Below, one piece after another: positions 28,190-37,083 of a stretch of DNA of 37,083 bases. The stretch is from Oscillatoriales cyanobacterium SM2_1_8 (GTDB lineage: Bacteria > Cyanobacteriota > Cyanobacteriia > Pseudanabaenales > Pseudanabaenaceae). A model generated the notes under the pieces. It did no database searches and was not told where the DNA came from. It worked only from the letters and a program-made list of their open reading frames with translations. Each line of letters starts with the position of its first letter. Within the stretch, counting starts at the first letter, position 1. The translations under genes were made by a program, and so were the position numbers. The stretch is taken from contig JAAUUG010000001.1 of the NCBI GenBank assembly GCA_012031195.1, positions 1 through 37,083 of the forward strand. The letters run 5' to 3'.

Positions 28190-28343
28190 TCTAGCTTGAT
28201 CTGAGCCAATCTAAGGCTCTCCTGGCTTTATGGCAAAGCACTAGGCGTCTCAAGGGTCAAATCCTGATAGGGCAAGGACACCTCAGGACACAGAAGACCC
28301 CTTACTTCACCGCGTTCCTTGGAGAGCCCAATCTAAACTGAAG

Positions 28344-29197
28344 CTAGGGCAACTTGGGATAGCGATCGAAATCGGGTTTGCGCTTTTCCAAAAACGCCTG
28401 TTTTCCTTCCCGGGCTTCTTCGGTCATGTAGTACAACATCGTGGCGTTGCCGGCCAGTTCTTGGATACCGGTTTGCCCGTCGCACTCGGCATTGAACGCC
28501 GACTTGATGCAACGCAGCGCTAGGGGGCTTTTCTCCAGAATTTCGCGGGCCCAGCGCACCCCTTCCGCTTCCAATTGCTCCACCGGCACCACGGCGTTGA
28601 TCAACCCCATGGCCAAGGCTTCTTGGGCATCGTATTGCCGACAGAGGTACCAAATTTCCCGGGCCTTGCGCTGCCCCACCAACCGCGCCAAATACGAAGC
28701 CCCAAATCCCCCATCAAAACTGCCGACGTTGGGGCCCGTCTGCCCAAACACGGCGTTGTCCGCGGCCAGGGTCAAATCGCAGACGACTTGCAACACGTTG
28801 CCGCCGCCAATGGCATACCCCGCCACCAACGCAATCACTGGCTTGGGAATGGTGCGAATCAGCCGCTGCAAATCCAAAACGTTGAGCAGGGGCACGCCAT
28901 CTTCCGAAATGTAACCGGCTGCCCCCGCACCCGCTGGTCGCCCCCCGAACAAAACGCATACTTGCCGTCGCTGCAGGGGCCCGTCCCCGTCAACAACACC
29001 ACCCCCACATCCATGTCTTCTCGGGCATCGCTGAAGGCCCGGAGCATCTCGGCAATGGTCTCCGGCCGAAACGCATTGCGAACGTGGGGACGGTTGATGG
29101 TAATTTTGGCAATCCCTTCCGTCTTGTGGTACAAGATGTCCTCAAACTTTTGAACTTCTTTCCAAGAAATCTTTTTGGCGGTAGACATCTGTACCAT
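28344..29197 (-). pseudogene. menB: 1,4-dihydroxy-2-naphthoyl-CoA synthase, with an apparent 1-nt frameshift
   Basis: N-terminus reads ...[14 protein letters not shown]...[12 protein letters not shown]. After the C5 run at 28922-28926 the protein continues in another frame ([23 protein letters not shown]...[19 protein letters not shown]). Confidence 0.9.
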
Positions 29198-29245
29198 GGA
29201 ATGCGGATAGCTTACCCATCATAATACGGAACGAAAACTCTGACC

Positions 29246-30402
29246 ATGCGATTGGCCACACGCCTGCAGGGATTGCAAGCCAATGTGTTTGCGGACATGG
29301 ATCGCGCGAAGCAGGAGGCGATCGCGGCGGGGTTGCCCCTGTGGGATTTGTCCTTGGGTTCTTCGGATTTGCCGGTGGCTCCCCACATTGTGGCGGCGAT
29401 CCAAGACAGTTTGCAGGACTCCCATTCCTTTGGCTACACATTGTTTGGGGCCACAGCGGATTTGCGGCGGGCGATCGCCCAGTGGTTGGTGGTCAAATTC
29501 GGGGTCGAGGTCGATCCCGAAACGGAAGTGTTGCCGTTGATCGGTTCCCAGGAGGGGACGGGCCACCTGCCCTTGGCGGTGTTGAATCCGGGAGATATGG
29601 CCCTGTTGCAGAATCCGGGGTATCCCTCCCACTATGGCGGGGTGGCCTTGGCCGGGGGCGTGCCCTACGGCATGGAATTGCGCCCCGAAACCGGTTTTTT
29701 GCCGCAGTTTGACCGGATTCCGGGGGACGTGTTGGCGCGGACGCGGTTGATGGTGTTGAGTTATCCCCACAACCCCACCACGGCGATCGCCCCCAGGGAA
29801 TTTTGGGAGGAGGCGTTGGCCTTTGCCCGGCGGCACGATCTGGTGTTGGCCCACGATTTTCCCTATGTGGATTTTGCTTTGGATGGGAGTTTGCCGCCGT
29901 CGGTGTTGCAGGTAGATCGGGGGCGGGAGCGCAGCTTGGAATTTTTCAGCCTGTCGAAGTCGTACCACATGGGGGGACTGCGGGTGGGGTTTGCCGTGGG
30001 GAACCGGGAACTGATTGGGGCGTTGCGGCGGATCAAAGCGGTGGTGGATTTCAACCAATACCGGGGCATTTTGCGGGGGGCAATCGCGGCGTTGACGGGC
30101 CCCCAAGACGGTTTGGGGCACACCCAGCAAATTTTGCGGGAGCGGCGGGATGCGGCCGTGCAAGCCTTCCGGGCGATTGGCTGGACGGTGCCGGTGCCGG
30201 CGGCCACGATGTATTTGTGGGCACCCTTGCCGGGGGGGGGAAATTCCCTGCGGTTTTGTCAAGAATTGGTAAAAAACACGGGGGTGGCTCTGGCGCCGGG
30301 GAGCGGGTTTGGGTCGGCGGGGGAGGGTACGTGCGTTTGGCCTTGGTGCAGCCTCCGGCGGTTTTGCAGGCGGCGATCGCGGCGATCGGCAAATTTCAGT
30401 GA
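29246..30402 (+). pseudogene. Class I/II PLP-dependent aminotransferase, with an apparent 1-nt frameshift near the 3' end
   Basis: Contains SYPHNPTT and the PLP-lysine motif FFSLSKSYHMGGLRVGF. At about 30328 (GGT-AC, one T missing) the canonical ending GYVRLALVQPPAVLQAAIAAIGKFQ* lies in another frame, with TGA at 30400-30402. The track ORF reads on into the MITE instead. Confidence 0.85.
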
Positions 30403-30413
30403 TAAATTACGAA

Positions 30414-30537
30414 GTATAGCTGTTTTGCATAGCGACGAGACAAGACAAGTCGGGTTGCAGGGGCGAAGCCCCCGTATTGGTTCTATTAGACTTTCGTTGG
30501 GCAGGAAAACCGTATCATTTTAATTAAAATGACTATA
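30414..30537 (-). mobile_element. MITE/PATE-like repeat, copy D (124 bp, reverse orientation)
   Basis: Aligns with copy B. It contains the perfect 16-bp palindrome CATTTTAATTAAAATG. Confidence 0.7.
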
Positions 30538-30555
30538 ACTTTGGCGGCAAACCCA

Positions 30556-31863
<1,308 letters not shown>

Positions 31864-31875
31864 CCGGATAAAACC

Positions 31876-32322
31876 ATGGCAGACCCGACGATCGTTCTCG
31901 GAAATCGCATTTTGTGGGGAGCCGTCGCCGCCAGCCTCAGTGCCCAGAGCCTCAAGCTGATCTTGGTGTTGGTGCAGGAACGGGCTTGGCGACCCCGGGT
32001 GTTGTTCGAGACCGGCGGCATGCCCAGTTCCCATTCGGCCCTGGTGACCGCCTTGGCCACAGGGATTGGCAAAACCCAGGGCTGGGACAGTTCGGCCTTT
32101 GCGATCGCCACGGTGTTTGCGATCGTGGTGATGTACGATGCCACGGGAATTCGGCGGGCGGCGGGCAACCAAGCCAAGGCGATCAACCAAATTGTGAGCG
32201 AGGTGCTGGCCCCCCACCACGATTTGGAATGGGACCCCCTCAAGGAGTTGTTGGGGCACACGCCGTTGCAGGTGGCGGTGGGTTCCCTGTGGGGCTTGGC
32301 GATCGCCTGGTTTGGGGTTTAA
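31876..32322 (+). CDS. Divergent PAP2 / acid-phosphatase-vanadium-haloperoxidase-related membrane protein (DUF212 type)
   Basis: 148 aa. Contains GGMPSSHSALVTAL, MYDATGIRRAAG and LGHTPLQV, which are characteristic of this family. Confidence 0.8.
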   Translation: MADPTIVLGNRILWGAVAASLSAQSLKLILVLVQERAWRPRVLFETGGMPSSHSALVTALATGIGKTQGWDSSAFAIATVFAIVVMYDATGIRRAAGNQAKAINQIVSEVLAPHHDLEWDPLKELLGHTPLQVAVGSLWGLAIAWFGV

Positions 32323-32328
32323 GCGCCG

Positions 32329-32868
32329 GTGTTGATTTTGGTGAACGGGGCCGTGCGATCGGGCAAAAGCGTGTGGGCGGAGCATTTGGCCCACCAGAGC
32401 GGCTTGCCGGTGACCTACCTCGCCACGGCGATGCCCGATCCCAGCGATGCCGACTGGACGGCCCGGCTGCAGGCCCATCGCGATCGCCGGCCGGCCCATT
32501 GGCAGACCCAAGAAGTGCCGTTGCATTTGGTGGAGGCCTTGATGGGGGAGGGGCCGCCCCAGTGTCTGTTGGTGGATGCCCTGGGCACCTGGGTGGCCAA
32601 CCGGTTGCCGTGGCCATGGGAAACTTGGCAGGAAGAAGTCGGCAGGCTGGTGGCGGTGAGCCGGGCCAGTGCCCACACCATCATCATGGTGGCCGAGGAA
32701 ACGGGGTGGGGGGTGGTGCCCCCCTACGAGAGCGGTCGCACCTTTCGCGATCGCCTGGGGAACCTGAGTCGGGGGTTGGGGCGCGTAGCCGATCGGGTAT
32801 ATTTGGTTGTCGCCGGTCACGTCTTGGATTTGCGGTTGTTGGGAACGCCCTTACCGGAGTTTTTATGA
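32329..32868 (+). CDS. cobU: Adenosylcobinamide kinase / adenosylcobinamide-phosphate guanylyltransferase
   Basis: P-loop LVNGAVRSGKS. Also YLATA, LVDALGTW, VAEETGWGVVP and FRDRLG. GTG start. Its stop overlaps the next ATG as ATGA. Confidence 0.85.
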   Translation: MLILVNGAVRSGKSVWAEHLAHQSGLPVTYLATAMPDPSDADWTARLQAHRDRRPAHWQTQEVPLHLVEALMGEGPPQCLLVDALGTWVANRLPWPWETWQEEVGRLVAVSRASAHTIIMVAEETGWGVVPPYESGRTFRDRLGNLSRGLGRVADRVYLVVAGHVLDLRLLGTPLPEFL

Positions 32869-34579
32869 GCCGGTTTTTGAATCGAACGTTGGCCCTGGGG
32901 GCGGTGATGGTGCTGGTCTTGCCGGCGGCCCCGGTGCGGGCCGAACAGGGGGACGTGGTGGAGATCAACGGGGTGGCCGCCAAGGCCCAATGGTGGCGGC
33001 GCCCGGAGGGTTTTTATATCGAAGAGTCCTGGTTTGAGGGGGTGTTGGGGGGGGAACTCCTCAGCAGCGAACGGGTGGAACAACAGCGGGTGAAGTGGTA
33101 TTCCAGCCCGTTTTTTGTGGGCACGCGGCACGATCGCCCGGTGCGCTACCGGTATTTTAATTTGCAACCCCTGATCGAAACGTGGGCGCCGACGGTGCGG
33201 GGCAAGGTGTTGCGGTTGACTACGCCCCCCATCGCCCTCACGGCCCTGCGGCGCAGTCCCCAACCCTGGGGCGACCGCCTGGCTTTGGATTTGAGCGGGC
33301 CCACCCCGTGGCAACTGAGCCGGGAAGGGAACACCGTCACCCTGATGGTGGGGGCCGAAGGCAGCGCCAATTTGGGGGAGGGCACCGGCACCGGCAATTT
33401 TTTGGAAGCCTTGACGGTGCAAAAGCGCAGCCGCCAGACCCAATTGCGGTTGGCGGTCAAACCGGAGGCGGTGGTGCAGGTGGCCACGTTGGCCGATCCC
33501 CCCCGTCTCATTGTGGATGTGCGCAACGAGGCGGTTCCCAGCGATCGCGAGATTGCTTGGGGAGAGGGGCTACGCTACCGGGAGCAGGCCGTAACGGTGG
33601 GCAACGGGCGCGCTTTCCCCAGCCAAACCCTGGAAATCAACCTCCGGCAACCGGGCTTAAAATTGCGGCCCCTGTGGAACCGGGCCACCGGCATGGTGGG
33701 CACCGTTACCTTGCCGTTGTTGGCCGATCGCACCGGCGTGGCGGCCGCTTTGAACGGGGGATTTTTCAACGTCAACCGCCAATTGCCGGTGGGGCCCATC
33801 CGGTTCGAGGGGCGGTGGCTGGCGGGGCCGGTCTTGGAGCGGGGGGCGATCGCCTGGAACGACGAAGGGCTGGTGGCGATCGAGCGGCTGCGGTACCAAG
33901 AAGAAATTCGGGTGGGCGAGCGGGTGGTGCCTTTGGCGGAACTCAACAGTGGCTTTGTGCGAACCGGCATCGCCCGGTACACCCCCGACTGGGGCGCTAC
34001 CTACCAACCCCTCACCGACAACGAAACCCTCATTCCTGTGCGGCTCCAGGGGAACGTGTTGCGGGTAGGGGCCCGGCAGGCGGGGGGCAAGGCCGGCGAA
34101 CGCGCTTTTTCCATTCCTGCCAACGGTTATTTGCTGGTGGCCCGCAACGCCGGCGAAGGGTTGGCGTTTTTGACCGAAGGGGCGGCGGTGCAAGGCATCG
34201 CCCGTACCGTGCCGCCGGTGTTTAGCGAGTTGCCCTATGCCTTGGGGGGGGGGCCCTGTTGCTGAAAGAGGGGCAAACCGTGGTGGATGCCAACCGGGAA
34301 GGATTTCGGCCGCCCTTCGATCGCCAGGGGGCGCCCCGCAGCGTGGTGGCCACCACCGTCAACGGCACCCTGTTGTTGACGGTCGTTGGAGGCACCCCCA
34401 CCCTCGCCGAAACCGTAGAAGTGATGCGGCAATTGGGGGCCCACAACGCCTTGAACCTGGACGGCGGCGGCTCCAGCACGTTGTATTTGGGGGGGCGGGT
34501 GCGCAACCGGCGGCAATTGCGGCCCCTCCACAACGCCCTGGGGATTTTGTTGACTCCCCCCCCCCTGGAATCGTTTTAG
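32865..34579 (+). pseudogene. Secreted DUF2233 / phosphodiester-glycosidase (NAGPA-like) family protein, with an apparent frameshift
   Basis: ATG at 32865 with a signal peptide (MSRFLNRTLALGAVMVLVLPAAPVRA). At the G10C3 tract (34244-34256) the frame changes from ...ALGGGP to LLLKEGQTVVD...SVVATTVNGTLLLTVVGG...LNLDGGGSSTL. Confidence 0.75.
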
Positions 34580-34660
34580 GATGTGCGTTCCATGACCCCA
34601 AACCTGCTCCTGCCCTTGCGCCAACCCTTCCCGGGAGAGGAAGACCAAGTGTCTCGGATT

Positions 34661-34687
34661 CCCCTTCTCCCCCTTTGGGAGAAGGGG
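34661..34687. repeat. GC-rich hairpin element (10-bp stem CCCCTTCTCC / GGAGAAGGGG)
   Basis: Read directly from the sequence. It is intergenic. The motif style matches the CCCCTCC/GGAGGGG hairpins at 1629-1648, 36807-36823 and 36878-36894. Confidence 0.7.
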
Positions 34688-34694
34688 TTAGGAG

Positions 34695-36788
34695 ATGAGG
34701 GAAACACCCCACGCCTTTGCGGAGAACCGTGAACGAAGTGACCTCCCTGCGCGATCGCTGCGGGCCGAAGACTGGGCGGGGGCGATCGCCCTCGCCACCG
34801 ATCCCTGGTGGCGGGGAATTGTCCATCTGGTGGCGGGGGAAGAGGAGGCGGCCCAGGCCGCTTGGTGGTTGGGATTGGCGGAATTGGACGAAGCGGAATT
34901 GCTAGCCCAGCAAACCCGGTTGGCCGAGCTGCTGCGTACCGAAGGTGCCCATTGGCGGGAATCGGGCTATCCGGGACGGGCCTGGGTTTTGGAGCGCTAC
35001 GCCTGCGAGCTGGCCCCCACGGCCGCCGGTTGGGCCCAAACCGTGGTGGATGCTTTGGCCGCCGGTCTGGAGGTTTGGGCCGAAGGGCTGGCGCAAGTCA
35101 CCGACGATCGCCCCGATTTGGCCCTCACCCTGCTGTTGACGGTACCCGATGCCCCCGCCGCCCAAGGGTTTTGGCGACCCTATCAAGCGCAGCCCGCTTT
35201 CCAGACCCTGGCCCTGGCCCGGCTGTTGCCCCAACTGCTGGCGGTGCCCTTGCCCCAGCCTTTGGCCGTGACCCGGATTTGGGCGGAATTTTGCGCCGAG
35301 GTGGGGGGCGATCGCCCCGAGGTGTTGGCGACCCTGACCAACTACTACCAAAACATTGGCGAAAACGGCACCAGCTTAATCTATGCCGAAAAACTGTGGC
35401 ATTCCAGTGTGGACGCTCCCCAAAAGGTGGCCGCCAGTTACCTGTGGGTGCGGGGGTTGATGCAAACCGGCGGGAAGTTCGCCGCAGCGGCGGCCGTGTA
35501 CGAGCATTACCAGGCCGCTGCCCAAGCCGTTTTGGCCCAAGACCGGTCGTTGCCCACCCCCGAACTGCTCAGTTTTATGACCGCCGGGGCTTTCCATTTG
35601 TACCTGGGCGATCGCCCCCAAACCACCCACGCCTTTTTCCGCCAACTGGGGGAATTTGGGCAACGGCACCTGCGGCAACGGTACGGAGCATTTTTGCCGA
35701 CCCAACCCCGGGGCAATCGCCTGCGGGTGGGCTATTTGTCCGAGTGTTTCCGGCGGCATTCGGTGGGGTGGTTGGCCCGTTGGCTGCTGCGGTACCACGA
35801 TCGCCAAGCCTGCGACGTGTTCACCTATTCCCTGATTCCCACCGGCGACGATCTCCATCAAGGTTTTGCCGCCCATAGCCACCTGGTGCCCCTATCTTTG
35901 GCCTTGCCCGTGCCCGAAATGGCCGCCCGCATCCAGCAGGACGGTTTGGATGTGTTGGTGGATTTGGATAGCCTCACCTCAAGCCACGGGTGCGGCGTGA
36001 TGGCCCTGCAACCGGCCCGCCATCAACTCACCTGGTTGGGCAGCGATGCCGCCGAAGTGCCCGCCATTGAGGGATTTATCGTCGATCCCTACGTGCTGTC
36101 GGCCGCCGCCGCCCAAGCCTACGGCTCCGCCCCGAAAATTTTGCCCCAGACCTACATCGCCGTGGATGGGTTTGAAGTGGGGGTGCCCACCCACCGCCGC
36201 CGCGATCTGGAAATTCCCGAAACGGCCGTGGTGTACTTCAGCGCCCAATCCCCCTACAAACGCCACCCCGATACCTTCCGGCACCAAATGCAAATCCTGA
36301 AGGCGGTTCCCCACAGCTTTTTCGTGATCAAGGGCGGCGATCGCGCCACGTTGGCCCACTATGCCCAGACCATCGCCCAGGAAGAAGGGGTCGATCCCCA
36401 ACGGCTGCGGGTGCTGGCGGGCGATCGCACCGAAGAAATCCATCGCGCCAACCTGGCGATCGCCGACGTAGTGCTGGACACCTACCCCTACAACGGGGCC
36501 ACCACCACCCTCGAAGCCCTGTGGCAAGAAATCCCCCTGGTCACCCAGGTGGGGCAACAATTCAGCGCCCGCAACAGCTACACCATGCTGATCAACGCCG
36601 GCCTTACCGAAGGCATCGCCTGGAACCCCGCAGAATACATCGCCTGGGGCATTCGTTTGGGGGAAGACCAAGGGCTACGGCAACAAATCCGGGAAAAACT
36701 CCGGGTCGGCAAACAAAGCGCCCCCCTCTGGGACACCCGCACCTTTGCCCGGCACATGGAAGACCTCTACCGGCAAGTCGTAGGCTAG
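34695..36788 (+). CDS. GT41-type glycosyltransferase (SPINDLY / O-GlcNAc-transferase-like C-terminal domain) with an uncharacterised N-terminal half
   Basis: The C-terminal half reads RLRVGYLSECFRRHSVGW..., LTWLGS, VYFSAQSPYKRHPD and DVVLDTYPYNGATTTLEALWQEIPLVT, which is typical of bacterial SPY-family OGT homologues. Confidence 0.8.
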   Translation: MRETPHAFAENRERSDLPARSLRAEDWAGAIALATDPWWRGIVHLVAGEEEAAQAAWWLGLAELDEAELLAQQTRLAELLRTEGAHWRESGYPGRAWVLERYACELAPTAAGWAQTVVDALAAGLEVWAEGLAQVTDDRPDLALTLLLTVPDAPAAQGFWRPYQAQPAFQTLALARLLPQLLAVPLPQPLAVTRIWAEFCAEVGGDRPEVLATLTNYYQNIGENGTSLIYAEKLWHSSVDAPQKVAASYLWVRGLMQTGGKFAAAAAVYEHYQAAAQAVLAQDRSLPTPELLSFMTAGAFHLYLGDRPQTTHAFFRQLGEFGQRHLRQRYGAFLPTQPRGNRLRVGYLSECFRRHSVGWLARWLLRYHDRQACDVFTYSLIPTGDDLHQGFAAHSHLVPLSLALPVPEMAARIQQDGLDVLVDLDSLTSSHGCGVMALQPARHQLTWLGSDAAEVPAIEGFIVDPYVLSAAAAQAYGSAPKILPQTYIAVDGFEVGVPTHRRRDLEIPETAVVYFSAQSPYKRHPDTFRHQMQILKAVPHSFFVIKGGDRATLAHYAQTIAQEEGVDPQRLRVLAGDRTEEIHRANLAIADVVLDTYPYNGATTTLEALWQEIPLVTQVGQQFSARNSYTMLINAGLTEGIAWNPAEYIAWGIRLGEDQGLRQQIREKLRVGKQSAPLWDTRTFARHMEDLYRQVVG

Positions 36789-36806
36789 GGTGTGTCGCTC
36801 CCAATT

Positions 36807-36894
36807 CCCCTCCTTTGGAGGGGCAGGGGTGGTCCCAAGTGCAGGAGATTTACCACCCCGTCAGGCTTCGCCCGCCACCCCTCCTGGGGAGGGG
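36807..36894. repeat. Two CCCCTCC-N3-GGAGGGG hairpins just downstream of the GT41 gene
   Basis: Hairpins at 36807-36823 and 36878-36894. They have the same stem sequence as the tuf terminator hairpin at 1629-1648. Confidence 0.7.
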
Positions 36895-37024
36895 ATAGTA
36901 CTCCTTGGGTGGATGTGACCCTCTCCCCCCAGCGAGTCGGGCCAACCAGGGACAGGTGGGTTTGGAACGAATTCCGGTGGGTTTTGTTGGGCCTTTGCCC
37001 CATGCCAGATCATGGCAGGGGATT

Positions 37025-37083
37025 TATAGTCAATTTAATTAAAAATTGGACGCGACCACGATTGTTTTGATTGCCTTTACTCC
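37025..37083 (+). mobile_element. Divergent MITE/PATE-like copy E, truncated by the window edge
   Basis: Starts TATAGTCAATTTAATTAAAA, which matches the left end of copies A and C. The interior diverges. Confidence 0.45.

Noticed and set aside
31914-32864. Upstream 317-codon extension of the 783-aa ORF that ends as the DUF2233 protein
   Set aside because: This part overlaps the DUF212 and cobU genes in another frame and reads as Gly/Arg/Pro low complexity. The real start is the ATG at 32865, which gives a signal peptide and forms an ATGA overlap with the cobU stop.

Overview
This is a high-GC chromosomal segment from a cyanobacterium. The octamer GCGATCGC (HIP1) occurs about 75 times by my manual count, psaC is present, and the gene families are typical of cyanobacteria. 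The backbone is housekeeping.

Main blocks:
- A minus-strand block from 11057 to 1679 carries a small conserved protein, ispE, two tandem ABC-2-permease-like membrane paralogs, and the str operon (rpsL, rpsG, fusA, tuf). rpsJ is missing from its usual position after tuf.
- An STAS/RsbW-type partner-switching pair.
- lipA, a GT4 glycosyltransferase and ATP synthase gamma, with lipA and GT4 sharing an ATGA overlap.
- A REC + coiled-coil response regulator and two tandem REC-HisKA-HATPase hybrid kinases.
- psaC, a cell-wall amidase, menB, a class I/II aminotransferase, crtE, a DUF212/PAP2-like protein and cobU.
- A DUF2233 phosphodiester-glycosidase-like protein next to a GT41 (SPINDLY/OGT-like) glycosyltransferase.

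Accessory or unusual content:
1. A protein near the window centre (19621-21306) that fuses a PUA/EVE-like N-domain, a TPR array and a DUF3883-type nuclease-like C-domain. This is my best candidate for an undescribed nucleic-acid surveillance or defence function.
2. Two low-GC, HIP1-free islands, about 40% GC by eye. One carries an FkbM-type methyltransferase and the other a single-domain class I terpene synthase.
3. A MITE/PATE-like repeat of about 125 bp, with four full copies, one divergent edge copy and terminal fragments.
4. A RusA resolvase and a second small PD-(D/E)xK-like protein flanking one MITE copy.
5. At least ten single-nucleotide indels, most of them at short same-base runs. They break essential genes (atpG, lipA, menB, crtE and others), so they are most likely assembly errors rather than real pseudogenes.

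I found no rRNA, tRNA or CRISPR array. All family assignments come from reading motifs in the supplied translations. No database search was run.
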